In this document: piece by piece, positions 55,211 through 64,000 of the stretch
Position numbering within the stretch: the first letter of the stretch is position 1
How the letters are laid out: every line of letters begins with the position of its first letter
Source of the DNA: an uncultured Actinomycetes bacterium
GTDB taxonomy: Bacteria > Actinomycetota > CADDZG01 > JAHWKV01
Length of the DNA stretch: 64,000 nt
Reading direction: 5' to 3'
Assembly: GCA_964501265.1 (NCBI GenBank)
Contig: CAZCSK010000001.1
Coordinates: 86,314-150,313 of the forward strand
Made by a program: the position numbers and the translations under genes
Notes under the pieces: generated by a model
The model's database searches: none
What the model saw: the letters and a program-made list of their open reading frames with translations, nothing else
Told to the model about the DNA's origin: nothing

Positions 55211-55893
55211 CTCAGGCCGTGATCCTCGCTGGGGGTCAAGCGACTCGCATGCGCCCCTATACCGACGATCGGCCCAAAGCGATGGTCGATGTTGGCGGCG
55301 CCCCGATCATCGAGCACCAGATCAAATGGCTGGCATCAAACGGGGTTACTCAGATCGTCATCAGCTGCGGATACAAGGCAGACGTGATCAAGTCCTATCT
55401 CGGCGATGGTTCGCACGTCGGCGTGCAGGCGACATACGCAGTTGAGGACGAACCGCTCGGACGCGGTGGTGGACTCAAATTCGCTTCTCGTTTGTTGGCG
55501 AAACCCGAAGGTATATGGCTCGCGATCAACGGCGACGTTCTTGCTCGGTTTTCCACAGACGACTTAGTAGCGCAGCACGAAACACTCGACGTAACCGCGA
55601 CGATTGCACTTGCCCAATACCGAACGACCTGGGGCATCGCCGAACTGGACGGAGACCTCATTCGCGGCTTCACGCAGAGCCCGTCGCTGCCCTATTGGAT
55701 CAACGCGGGCATCTATTGCTTCGACCCGTCATTTGCGGAGCTTCTCCCCGAAGTTGGAGACCACGAGAATTCCACATTCCCCGAACTTGCGGCCGCGGGA
55801 AAACTGGGGGCCTACCGCATTGACGGATACTGGCGCGGAATCGACACCGCCAAAGACATCAAGGAAGCGACCCAGGAGCTTGAGAATCTCTAG
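55198..55893 (+). CDS. Sugar-1-phosphate nucleotidyltransferase (NTP_transferase family)
   Basis: AVILAGGQATRMRPYTDDRPKAMVDVGGAPIIEHQI… G-loop and overall GT-A-like pyrophosphorylase pattern. Confidence 0.75.
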   Translation: MPAVTQAVILAGGQATRMRPYTDDRPKAMVDVGGAPIIEHQIKWLASNGVTQIVISCGYKADVIKSYLGDGSHVGVQATYAVEDEPLGRGGGLKFASRLLAKPEGIWLAINGDVLARFSTDDLVAQHETLDVTATIALAQYRTTWGIAELDGDLIRGFTQSPSLPYWINAGIYCFDPSFAELLPEVGDHENSTFPELAAAGKLGAYRIDGYWRGIDTAKDIKEATQELENL

Positions 55894-55931
55894 GAACATG
55901 CGCATCGCGTCCGCCCTATAAACTGATCGCC

Positions 55932-57551
55932 GTGGCAAAGAAACTAAAGGACGAATCGAAGGCGGCGCTCCGCGGGGAGGGGACGCTCGACTCCCACAAG
56001 ATCTCTCCCGAGACCCGGCTCGATCAGGTGCGCGACGCGAAGGCCGAGTCCCTATTGGGTGGAGGCGAGGCGCGAATCGCTCGGCAGCATGCCGGAGGCA
56101 AACTCACCGCCCGCGAACGCCTTGAGAAGTTGCTCGACGCTGGCTCTTTCGTTGAAACCGACGCGCTCGCCCGCCACCGAGCCAAGGGTTTCGGGATCGA
56201 AGAGCGCCGCCCATACGGCGATGGCGTGGTTACTGGATGGGGAACCGTCGACGGACGCAAGGTCTTCGTTTTCTCACAGGACTTCACCGTCGAGGGTGGG
56301 TCGCTTGGCGAGGTCATGTCGGAAAAGATCTGCAAAGTGATGGATCTCGCGCTGGCAACCGGCGCCCCTGTCATCGGATTGGGCGATTCGGGCGGAGCCC
56401 GAATCCAGGAGGGGGCCCCCTCGCTGGCTGGATACGGATACATCTTCGACCGCAATGTCCGATCGTCGGGGGTCATCCCTCAGATCTCGGTGATACTCGG
56501 CCCCTGCGCGGGGGGCGCGGTCTACTCCCCCGCAATCACCGACTTTATTTTTATGAGCGAAGGTACATCGCACATGGCCATCACCGGCCCCGAAGTTATC
56601 AAAGCCGTAACGGGCGAGGAGGTCACGCTGGAGGAACTGGGTGGGGCCATGACTCACGCATCGCGATCGGGAGTGGCACACTTTGTCGGCGCAGACGAAG
56701 AACAGACCTTGGCGATGGTGCGGTATCTATTGAGTTTTATCCCGTCCAACAATCTGGACGACCCGCCCTACTTCCCGCCCACCGATGATCCAAACCGCAC
56801 CGAGCAGCGGCTACTGGAGCTGATGCCCGACACATCCAACAAGCCCTACGACATGCACGAGGTCATCCGTCTTGTCTTTGACGACGGTGAATTCTTCGAG
56901 GTGTTCCCTCACTGGGCTGGCAACATCCTCACCGGATTTTCAAGACTCAACGGACATTCCGTGGGCATCGTAGCCAACCAACCTGCGGTCCTGGCCGGAA
57001 CACTCGACATCAACGCGTCGCTGAAAGCTGCGCGCTTCGTGAGGTTTTGCGATGCATTCAACATCCCCTTGATTGTCCTCGTGGATGTACCTGGATTTCT
57101 TCCAGGAGTCACTCAGGAGCATTCGGGGATCATCCGCCACGGTGCAAAGTTGCTTTATGCATTCACCGAGGCCACGGTTCCTCGGCTTACTGTGATCACC
57201 CGCAAAGCTTTCGGCGGCGCCTACTTAGTCATGAACTCAAAACACATTCGCGCCGACGTGAGCTTCGCATGGCCGACCGCCGAGATCGCAGTGATGGGGG
57301 CCGAAGGGGCAGTCAACATCGTGTTCCGCAAGGAGCTGGCGGAATCAGAGAATCCGGATGAGTTGCGCGCCGAGTTGCTCGCCGACTACACGGCCAAACT
57401 CTTCAACCCATTCGTCGCCGCTGAGCGCGGCTACGTCGACGACATCATCGAACCGCAGGAAACTCGTCCACGCTTGATCCAAGCTCTCGAAGCTCTTCGG
57501 AACAAGCGCGAAACGTTGCCGCCTCGCAAGCACGGAAATATCCCGCTGTGA
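55932..57551 (+). CDS. Acyl-CoA (propionyl-/methylcrotonyl-type) carboxylase carboxyltransferase beta subunit
   Basis: …GGGEARIARQHAGGKLTARERLEKLLDAGSFVE… and duplicated crotonase-like CT domains. Confidence 0.85.
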   Translation: MAKKLKDESKAALRGEGTLDSHKISPETRLDQVRDAKAESLLGGGEARIARQHAGGKLTARERLEKLLDAGSFVETDALARHRAKGFGIEERRPYGDGVVTGWGTVDGRKVFVFSQDFTVEGGSLGEVMSEKICKVMDLALATGAPVIGLGDSGGARIQEGAPSLAGYGYIFDRNVRSSGVIPQISVILGPCAGGAVYSPAITDFIFMSEGTSHMAITGPEVIKAVTGEEVTLEELGGAMTHASRSGVAHFVGADEEQTLAMVRYLLSFIPSNNLDDPPYFPPTDDPNRTEQRLLELMPDTSNKPYDMHEVIRLVFDDGEFFEVFPHWAGNILTGFSRLNGHSVGIVANQPAVLAGTLDINASLKAARFVRFCDAFNIPLIVLVDVPGFLPGVTQEHSGIIRHGAKLLYAFTEATVPRLTVITRKAFGGAYLVMNSKHIRADVSFAWPTAEIAVMGAEGAVNIVFRKELAESENPDELRAELLADYTAKLFNPFVAAERGYVDDIIEPQETRPRLIQALEALRNKRETLPPRKHGNIPL

Positions 57552-57817
57552 GCGAGATCGGCGACTACTCGATTCAGGGCACACCTACCCCGACTGAGGA
57601 AGCACTGGTGCTTGCGGCGCTCGAGCGGATGCTGCGAGAGGAAGCGGAGCGCGCTCGCCCTTCCAGATGGAAACTCGCGGGCCGCGCCGCATCGCTTCGT
57701 GTAGGCGTGACTGAGCTAAGGCATAGGTTCGGGTCCGAGACTTGGGGTGCGAGCAGAACCCTTTCGTGGAGCGGCGAGTCCACTCTCGACTTCCACGGCC
57801 GCGGCGACTCCCGCTAG
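57548..57817 (+). CDS. Possible acyl-CoA carboxylase epsilon subunit (small protein immediately downstream of beta subunit)
   Basis: 89 aa, ATGA-coupled to the beta subunit; the position mirrors actinobacterial accD-accE pairs. The sequence is low-complexity and the call is weak. Confidence 0.35.
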   Translation: MSEIGDYSIQGTPTPTEEALVLAALERMLREEAERARPSRWKLAGRAASLRVGVTELRHRFGSETWGASRTLSWSGESTLDFHGRGDSR

Positions 57818-57844
57818 ACGCCCGCCAACCCCTCCTTGGTTCGC

Positions 57845-59614
57845 TTAGTAGGTGTGGAAACCTCGGCCTGATTTGCGGCCCAAGTAGCCCGCGGTCACCA
57901 TGTGCTCCAGGAGGGGGGCTGGCGCGTAGGCTGGTTCTCGAAACTCGGTGTGCATCGACTTCATGATCTCTAGCGTGACATCCAAACCCACCAGATCCAC
58001 GAGGGCAAGCGGGCCCATTGGGTGACGGCAGCCGAGCTTCATCGCCGTGTCGATGTCCTCTGCCGTCGCGTAACCCTGCTCCATCATCTTGACCGCATCG
58101 TTTAGATAAGGAAACAGAAGGCGGTTGACGATGAAACCGGCCCGGTCTTCGCAGAAGACCGGATGTTTGCCGACTCGTTCGACAAAGGCTCTCGCGTCTG
58201 CCAACGTCTGGGGAGACGTCGCAACGGTGCGGACTAGTTCGACCAACCCCATGAGCGTTGCAGGGTTGAAAAAGTGAATGCCGAGGACGCTCTGTGGCCG
58301 CGAAGTGGCCGAAGCAAGTTCAACGACCGAGAGTGATGAAGTTCCTGTACCTAGGACTGCAGAATCCTTCGCGACGCGATCAATCTCGCGGAAGATGGCG
58401 GTCTTGAGTTCAAGGTCTTCAGCCACCGACTCTATGATCACGTCGCATTCCGAAAGAGCGTCGAAGTCCGTTTCCCAAGTTACGCGTGCGAGGAGTGAGT
58501 CGCGCTCGGCTTCGGTCATCTTTTTCTTCTCCACCGCCTTTGCCGCCGACCGACCCAGGGCACCTTCGGCACGCTTCAGCGCGTCGTCGCTTCGGCCCCG
58601 GCAGACGACGTCGAGACCAGCCTTCGCTGCAACTTCCACGAGCCCGGCTCCCATCTGCCCGGTCCCGACAATGCCGACCTTTTTTACTTCCGAAGACGGC
58701 TCGGGCAGCGCGAGCACTCTTCCGGAGCGGCCGTCGGAAACGGTCTTGGGCGAGTCTGGCTCCTCGTAGGTATAGAAACCCTTGCCAGCCTTACGTCCCA
58801 GATATCGCGCCGACACCAAATGACGGAACGCCGGCGAGGGCGCGTAACGAATCTCGGGAAACTGGCGGTAGAGCGATTCCAGAATCTCCGCGCAAGAATC
58901 CAACCCGACAAGATCCAACAACGCGAGTGGCCCCATGGGATGTCCTGCGCCCAGTCGCATCGCGGCGTCGATGTCCTCACGGGAAGCGAATCCTGCCTCC
59001 AACAACTTGACCGCCTCGTTGAGATAAGGGAATAACAAAAGGTTCGCGATGAATCCCGCGCGGTCGCGGCATACCACCGGAGTCTTGCCAAGGCTCTTAA
59101 CAAACTCGGCCGCGGCCTCAACGGCTTCGGGTGAGGAAGTGACGGTCTGGACGAGTTCAACTAATTCCATCACCGGAGCCGGATTGAAGAAGTGAACTCC
59201 CAGTACGCGGTTGGGACGGCCGGTTGTCACTCCCAACTCGATGACCGGCAGGGACGATGTGTTTGTCGCGATTATCGCCTCGGGCCCCAGGACGGAATCG
59301 AGCTTTTGGAACACTTCTCTTTTGGCTTCCAGGAACTCCGGCACTGCTTCTATCACCAATTCGCATCCGGCAAGATCGTCCAAACTCGTGGTCCCGCTGA
59401 TGTTGGCTAGAGTCTTGGACCGCTCGTCGGAGGTGATCTTGCTACGGTTCAGGGCCCTGGAAAGGGAATGGTCGATACGATCCCGGCCGGCCTCAACGCG
59501 TGACGGATCGACCTCGCGGAAGATCACCTTGTAGCCCGCCCTTGCGACTACCTCGCATATCCCTGAGCCCATCGTGCCGCAACCAACGACACCAACAGTA
59601 CGGATCTCGGTCAC
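57845..59614 (-). CDS. Tandem-duplicated 3-hydroxyacyl-CoA dehydrogenase (two complete HCDH modules in one polypeptide)
   Basis: Two copies of the NAD-binding motif (VGVVGCGTMGSGI… and VGIVGTGQMGAGL…), each followed by …HFFNPAP…/…HFFNPAT… and the C-terminal HCDH domain. Start proposed at GTG 59614 (VTEIRTVGVVG). Confidence 0.8.
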   Translation of the reverse strand: MTEIRTVGVVGCGTMGSGICEVVARAGYKVIFREVDPSRVEAGRDRIDHSLSRALNRSKITSDERSKTLANISGTTSLDDLAGCELVIEAVPEFLEAKREVFQKLDSVLGPEAIIATNTSSLPVIELGVTTGRPNRVLGVHFFNPAPVMELVELVQTVTSSPEAVEAAAEFVKSLGKTPVVCRDRAGFIANLLLFPYLNEAVKLLEAGFASREDIDAAMRLGAGHPMGPLALLDLVGLDSCAEILESLYRQFPEIRYAPSPAFRHLVSARYLGRKAGKGFYTYEEPDSPKTVSDGRSGRVLALPEPSSEVKKVGIVGTGQMGAGLVEVAAKAGLDVVCRGRSDDALKRAEGALGRSAAKAVEKKKMTEAERDSLLARVTWETDFDALSECDVIIESVAEDLELKTAIFREIDRVAKDSAVLGTGTSSLSVVELASATSRPQSVLGIHFFNPATLMGLVELVRTVATSPQTLADARAFVERVGKHPVFCEDRAGFIVNRLLFPYLNDAVKMMEQGYATAEDIDTAMKLGCRHPMGPLALVDLVGLDVTLEIMKSMHTEFREPAYAPAPLLEHMVTAGYLGRKSGRGFHTY

Positions 59615-59644
59615 GGGCACAATATAGCCGGTAACATCTGACCC

Positions 59645-60742
59645 ATGATCGATCCACGGGACCTGCCGGAACTTCCGGCCCTCATGATCGCCGGCCCGGG
59701 CGAACTGCGCGATGACGATCTGAAAGTTCTCGGCCATCAGGTTCTTGCGCACTATGGTGAAACCTGGACCGCACTTCACGACGAGACCATCGATGCAATC
59801 TCGCACCTGCTGGGTGCAGGCGGTGGCACTTATCTCGTTCCGGGAAGCGGAACCACCGGGGTCGAAATGGGTATCCGAAATGTCTTTGGTCCGGGGCAAA
59901 AAGTTGTCATACCTAACTCAGGCTTCTTTGGCTTTCGTTTAGTTGAGATTGCCAGAGCTGTTGGGCTCGAGGTTCGCGAGGTGCCGGTCGAAGTCGGCGA
60001 GCCCGTCGATGTAAACCTCATCGCCGAGGCGGCAGTTGGCGCCGACGGCGTGATATCGGTCCACGTCGACACATCCACCGGTGTTCGTCACCCTATCGGC
60101 GAGATCGCAAAAGCTGCGCACACAGCCGGAGGACTCTTCATGGTCGACGCGATTGCATCTGCTGGAGGTGAGGTCATCGATGTTGAAGCTATGGGCATCG
60201 ACCTGCTCGTGACCGGCTCGCAAAAGGGCCTTGAAGCGCCGCCCGGGCTGGCCGTTGTATGCCTCAGCAACGCCGGCAAAGAGGCGATCGCGAATCGGAC
60301 CTTTTCTACCTTGAGTTGGTATCTAGACATTGCAGTGTGGGACAGGTTCAGAACGGACTGGGGGGCCTGGCATCCTCATCCCGTAACCATGCCCACCAAC
60401 GTCGTCCTCGCGCTCGCGTCGAGCGTGAAACGCATCACCGAGTTCGGCGGAGGCGATTGGATCGAGGCCCGCGCTGCCTTGGCAAAGCGTTGCCGCGAGG
60501 GGCTAGCGGAATTGGGCCTTTCTCCGGTGCCAGTGCCGGGCGCTGAAGCCAATCTGATCGTCGTAGCCTGGGCGGATGATCCCGACAAGATTATTCAAGC
60601 CCTAAAACGGGAAGGAATCATGATCGGCGGAGGCCTCGGTCCGACCGCCGGCAAGTCGATCAGGATCGGGCTGATGGGGAAGAACGCGACCGAAGAGATG
60701 GCCGACAAGGCGCTGGGGATCATCGCCGACTCATTCAAATGA
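59645..60742 (+). CDS. Class V aminotransferase (serine-glyoxylate/alanine-glyoxylate/SPT-like)
   Basis: …LMIAGPGELRDDDL…GSGTTGVEMGIRN…VDAIASAGG…GSQKGLEAPPGLA… PLP-Lys motif. Confidence 0.8.
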   Translation: MIDPRDLPELPALMIAGPGELRDDDLKVLGHQVLAHYGETWTALHDETIDAISHLLGAGGGTYLVPGSGTTGVEMGIRNVFGPGQKVVIPNSGFFGFRLVEIARAVGLEVREVPVEVGEPVDVNLIAEAAVGADGVISVHVDTSTGVRHPIGEIAKAAHTAGGLFMVDAIASAGGEVIDVEAMGIDLLVTGSQKGLEAPPGLAVVCLSNAGKEAIANRTFSTLSWYLDIAVWDRFRTDWGAWHPHPVTMPTNVVLALASSVKRITEFGGGDWIEARAALAKRCREGLAELGLSPVPVPGAEANLIVVAWADDPDKIIQALKREGIMIGGGLGPTAGKSIRIGLMGKNATEEMADKALGIIADSFK

Positions 60743-62724
60743 CCGAGCGGGACCGGCCGTGGTTGATGCGGACTTACGGGGGACATACTTCGGCTAAAGC
60801 AAGCAACGCTCTTTACCACACCAACTTGGCCAACGGCCAGACCGGACTCTCGGTCGCCTTCGATCTCCCAACACAAACCGGTTACGACGCGGACCACATC
60901 ATGGCCCGAGGCGAAGTCGGCAAAGTCGGCGTTCCGATCAAGCACATCGGCGACATGCGCACGCTTTTCGAGGGAATACCTCTGGACACATCCAATACTT
61001 CAATGACCATTAATGCGACGGCGATGTGGCTGCTTGCGCTTTACGTTGCGGTGGCCGACGAGCAAGGTGCGGACCGCGCCACTCTTGCGGGAACTACTCA
61101 GAACGACATCTTGAAGGAATACCTGGCGCGCGGCACCTACATCTTCCCTCCGGGGCCCTCGATGCGACTCACTGTCGACATGGTCACGTGGACTCTTCGA
61201 AACACGCCTAAGTGGAATCCGATCAACATTTGCTCGTATCACTTGCAGGAGGCCGCCGCGACTCCCGTGCAGGAACTGGCCTACACAATGGCCAACGCCA
61301 TCGCAGTGCTCGATGCGGTGAAAGACACCGGGCGGGTATCCGACGAAGAGTTAGGGCGCCTCGTGGGGCGCATTTCTTTCTTCTGTAACGCCGGCATACG
61401 GATAGTCGAAGAGATCTGCAAGATGCGAGCCTTCACCAGGATGTGGGATCAAATCACGTTGGATCGTTACGCGGTGACCGATCCGAAGTTCCGCAGGTTC
61501 CGTTATGGAGTGCAAGTCAATTCGCTAGGACTAACGGCGTTGCAACCCGAGAACAACGTCTACCGCATTCTCCTTGAGATGTTGGCAGTTGTGGCATCGA
61601 AGGACGCCAGGGCACGTTCGGTCCAATTGCCGGCATGGAACGAGGCCTTGGGGCTTCCGAGGCCCTGGGACCAGCAGTGGTCGCTGCGAGCGCAACAGAT
61701 TCTGGCAGTCGAGACAGATCTGTTGGAGTACGAAGATATCTTCGAGGGATCCGCGGTGATCGAGAAGAAAACCGCGGACTTGACGCAGGAGGCGACCGAA
61801 GAACTCAACCGCGTGCTCGAGATGGGAGGCTCGATCGAGGCCATCGGTTACATGAAAGAACAGATGGTCGCGTCGCACGCGGCCCGACAGAGGGCAATAG
61901 AGTCAGGTGAATTGACGGTTGTTGGAATGAATGATTACCTTTCAACCGAGCCGTCGCCGCTCGAAGGGCGGACAAGCGGATCAATCCTGACCGTTGAGGC
62001 TGAAGCCGAGACGGACGAGGTTGAGGCCCTTAACCAGTGGCGGGAAACGCGAGACGGACCCCTCGTCGAGCGAGCACTCGCGGATCTCAAGAAAGCAGCT
62101 TCAACCGATGAGCAATTGATGGAGTTTTCGATCGCCGCCGCCGTCGCTGGCGTCACGACCGGCGAATGGGCGGGGGCCCTTCGCGAAGTCTTCGGTGAGT
62201 ACCGGCCCCCCACCGGCGTGACCGATCGGTCGGCCGCCGGCGCGGCAACATCGGAGGCGATCACAATAGTTCGAAAGAAAGTAAGGGAAACCGCCGCATC
62301 TATAGGTGCGAAGAGATTGCGTCTGCTGGTCGCCAAACCCGGACTGGATGGTCACTCAAACGCGGCCGAGCAAGTCGCCGTGAGGGCGCGCGATGTTGGG
62401 TTCGAGGTGATCTACCAGGGAATAAGGCTGACTCCCGAGCAGATCGCGCAGGCGGCGGTGGACGAAGGTGTGCATGCGATCGGAATCTCGATACTGTCGG
62501 GTGCCCACAACTTCTTGGTAAAAGACTTGCTCGAACGTCTGCGCGACTTGGGGCTGGACCCGTCTAAGGTTCCGTTGATAGTTGGCGGTGTGATTCCGCC
62601 CGAAGACGAAAAACGGTTGCTCGACTCGGGCGTTGTGCGGGTCTACACGCCGCGAAACTACGACCTGACTCAGGCCATGGGCGAAATCGCGGATCTCATT
62701 GCGACAAGCGCGGGGCAGGCTTAG
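60739..62724 (+). CDS. ecm: Methylmalonyl-CoA-mutase-family acyl-CoA mutase with fused C-terminal B12-binding domain; given ccr context probably ethylmalonyl-CoA mutase
   Basis: …WLMRTYGGHTSAKASNALYHTNLANGQTGLSVAFDLPTQTGYD… catalytic domain, plus a C-terminal …LLVAKPGLDGHSNAAEQVAVRARDVGFEV…GVHAIGISILSGAH… B12-binding Rossmann domain with the DxHxxG motif. Confidence 0.8.
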   Translation: MTERDRPWLMRTYGGHTSAKASNALYHTNLANGQTGLSVAFDLPTQTGYDADHIMARGEVGKVGVPIKHIGDMRTLFEGIPLDTSNTSMTINATAMWLLALYVAVADEQGADRATLAGTTQNDILKEYLARGTYIFPPGPSMRLTVDMVTWTLRNTPKWNPINICSYHLQEAAATPVQELAYTMANAIAVLDAVKDTGRVSDEELGRLVGRISFFCNAGIRIVEEICKMRAFTRMWDQITLDRYAVTDPKFRRFRYGVQVNSLGLTALQPENNVYRILLEMLAVVASKDARARSVQLPAWNEALGLPRPWDQQWSLRAQQILAVETDLLEYEDIFEGSAVIEKKTADLTQEATEELNRVLEMGGSIEAIGYMKEQMVASHAARQRAIESGELTVVGMNDYLSTEPSPLEGRTSGSILTVEAEAETDEVEALNQWRETRDGPLVERALADLKKAASTDEQLMEFSIAAAVAGVTTGEWAGALREVFGEYRPPTGVTDRSAAGAATSEAITIVRKKVRETAASIGAKRLRLLVAKPGLDGHSNAAEQVAVRARDVGFEVIYQGIRLTPEQIAQAAVDEGVHAIGISILSGAHNFLVKDLLERLRDLGLDPSKVPLIVGGVIPPEDEKRLLDSGVVRVYTPRNYDLTQAMGEIADLIATSAGQA

Positions 62725-63773
62725 GGCGCGAAACGCGGGTAATAGCTTTCAGGACCGATAGCCTTTACATCGTCTGCATAGTTCCCGTCGTAGAAATCTT
62801 CAAGGCCCTCGGCGGCGTCGACGAGGCTCCACGCCTGCCGTTTGTAGGTCCAGTTGTTCGGCTGTGCGCGATGAGCTTCGCGGAAGTGAAACATCGCATC
62901 AGTCGGATGGCCCGCGCGATGAAGATGCTGTCCCATTTCAAAGTGGGCCGCCGCCGCACCTACCTCAAGGGGACGAGGATGAGACCGGCGGATCACCTCA
63001 TCGGGTTCAAGGGCAAAAACGGAGTCAGGTCCCTTGCCGACCCAATCTCTAAGAGCGTTCACGTAGGTGTCCCCGTCGATAATCAGCCGCCTCGCGAGAT
63101 TGATTCGTTCTTTTCGCTCAGCCGAAGCATCCTCGGGGATGGGGAAGTTGCTGTTGTCAACGCTGTGCGTCCACGCCGGTTCGGCCGGCCTGACGAGCAC
63201 TCCCTGCTCATCGATCCAGACACCGTTAGGAACGTTGACTATTCCGAGTAGCTCGTCCACGACGTGGGCCTCGTCGATCAATGACGGATGCTCCGGGTTG
63301 GCAGCCTCGATGTATTCCCGGCAGGCTTCAGACCCTCCGGTGTCCAATGCGACAGTGACTATCTCAAGCCCTTTTGGGTTCAACTCGAGGCGAAGTTTCT
63401 GCCACCCGGGCAGGTCATTGCGGCACCCTCACCAAGACGCCCACGCTACGAGCAGAACTTTTTGCCCAAGCAAGGAACGAAGGTCGAACGATCCGCCTTC
63501 GAGATCGGGCAAGACCAGCGGCGGCGCGGCGGCAGAGGTGAGGGCCCTGCCCCCGGACTGAGGGCCGAGGCTCCAGAGCCCGTGTTTCTCATCATGAACA
63601 ACAGGCATGGCAAGTTGGGATGCAAGCAGAGAGATGTCGACGGCCCCATCGACGCGAGTCTCGGAAGCAAGCGGGATGCACACTTCCCCTTTGCATGCGC
63701 CCCGGTCATTCAGTTCCCAACCCGTCAGTCGTTCGAACTCCGCCACTGCGACCCATGCCGATTCAAAGATCAC
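62721..63773 (-). CDS. Thioredoxin-fold TlpA/ResA-like thiol:disulfide oxidoreductase interrupted by a single in-frame TGA at the redox-active Cys position (selenoprotein candidate, or pseudogene)
   Basis: ORF 63429..63773 ends …LPDLEGGSFDLRSLLGQKVLLVAWASW-TGA. It continues in the same frame as GCRNDLPGWQKLRLE + ORF 62721..63383 (…EIVTVALDTGG…IDEQGVLV…). The 45 nt between them are in frame with no other stop. Compare the redoxin consensus …VLVNFWASWCxPCRxE(x)P…. Confidence 0.5.
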
Positions 63774-64000
63774 TTAAGGAGTTACAACAACTCTCGTGCC
63801 GACGGGCGCCCAATTCCAAAGTATCTCGGCGTTAGCACGCAATTGACGCACGCAGCCGGCACTCCGAAATGTTCCGAGTTGGGACTCGGTTTGAATCGGG
63901 CCACCGCGGCCAACTGGAATCGAGTGAAAACCAATTGCCAGACGGCGGCCTCGGGCGAAGCGGACCATAAATTCCATCCTCACGCGGCCCCCGCGTGCGC
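63774..64000 (-). CDS. L,D-transpeptidase (YkuD domain), partial; N-terminus beyond window end
   Basis: C-terminal …IGFHSIPVGRGGPIQTESQLGTFRSAGCVRQLRANAEILWNWAPVGTRVVVTP matches the YkuD catalytic H…S-x-GC(I/V)R…G-T-x-V motif. Its stop abuts the start of the redoxin-like gene. Confidence 0.6.
   Translation of the reverse strand, partial: ARGGRVRMEFMVRFARGRRLAIGFHSIPVGRGGPIQTESQLGTFRSAGCVRQLRANAEILWNWAPVGTRVVVTP

Noticed and set aside
57845-59899. 105-aa N-terminal extension of the tandem HCDH ORF
   Set aside because: The first Rossmann motif begins right after the GTG at 59614. The upstream part overlaps the divergent aminotransferase promoter region and has no similarity.
1-64000. Mobile elements, integrases, tRNA genes or CRISPR arrays that would mark the glycan island as horizontally acquired
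   Set aside because: None recognised by inspection of ORF translations. I cannot run tRNA or IS searches, so absence is provisional.

Overview
High-GC (~62%) chromosomal window, gene content typical of a Gram-positive/actinobacterial-type organism. No rRNA, tRNA, CRISPR array, transposase or integrase was recognised. The window has two parts.

Part 1 (~1-45.2 kb) is a large cell-envelope glycopolymer island:
- dTDP-rhamnose genes rmlD (partial), rmlC and rmlB.
- Two very large secreted repeat proteins: a penicillin-amidase-family enzyme fused to Calx-beta domains, and a ~1400-aa protein with Ca-binding repeats and Calx-beta domains.
- A Wzm/Wzt ABC exporter whose Wzt carries a C-terminal carbohydrate-binding extension, plus several SAM methyltransferases.
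- At least six GT2 and four GT4 glycosyltransferases. Three of the GT2 are Dpm1-like polyprenyl-phosphate-sugar synthases.
- Four large polytopic, GT-C-like membrane proteins.
- A WbpB/WbpE/WbpD-like oxidoreductase-aminotransferase-acetyltransferase trio, suggesting a 2,3-diacetamido sugar.
- An LCP (LytR-CpsA-Psr) ligase.
- Three cell-wall enzymes: SpoIID/LytB, an Amidase_2 N-acetylmuramoyl-L-alanine amidase, and a protein with carboxypeptidase-regulatory-like domains.

The most striking feature is a previously unrecognised (to me) ~42-47-aa repeat with the core LDG-x-GG-x-HP-[FVL]-G ... DIAR. It sits in tandem arrays at the C-termini of four different secreted proteins in this island. It looks like a dedicated anchoring or propeller module cognate to the polymer the island makes.

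Part 2 (~45.2-63.8 kb) is an acyl-CoA / ethylmalonyl-CoA-type metabolic cluster. It holds thiolase, acyl-CoA dehydrogenase, methylmalonyl-CoA epimerase, crotonyl-CoA carboxylase/reductase, an ethylmalonyl/methylmalonyl-CoA mutase with a fused B12 domain, a tandem 3-hydroxyacyl-CoA dehydrogenase, an acyl-CoA carboxylase beta subunit and a class V aminotransferase. It also holds an AbrB-type toxin-antitoxin pair with an operator palindrome.

The window ends with a thioredoxin-fold (TlpA/ResA-like) gene whose reading frame is interrupted only by an in-frame TGA exactly at the redox-active cysteine position. This is a selenoprotein candidate. It sits next to a partial L,D-transpeptidase.

Other observations: a duplicated ~115-nt promoter cassette (TAGATT-N6-GTG, leaderless-type) upstream of two membrane-protein genes, with a decayed GT2 5' remnant, and near-identical ~680-nt tandem DNA repeats inside the giant gene.
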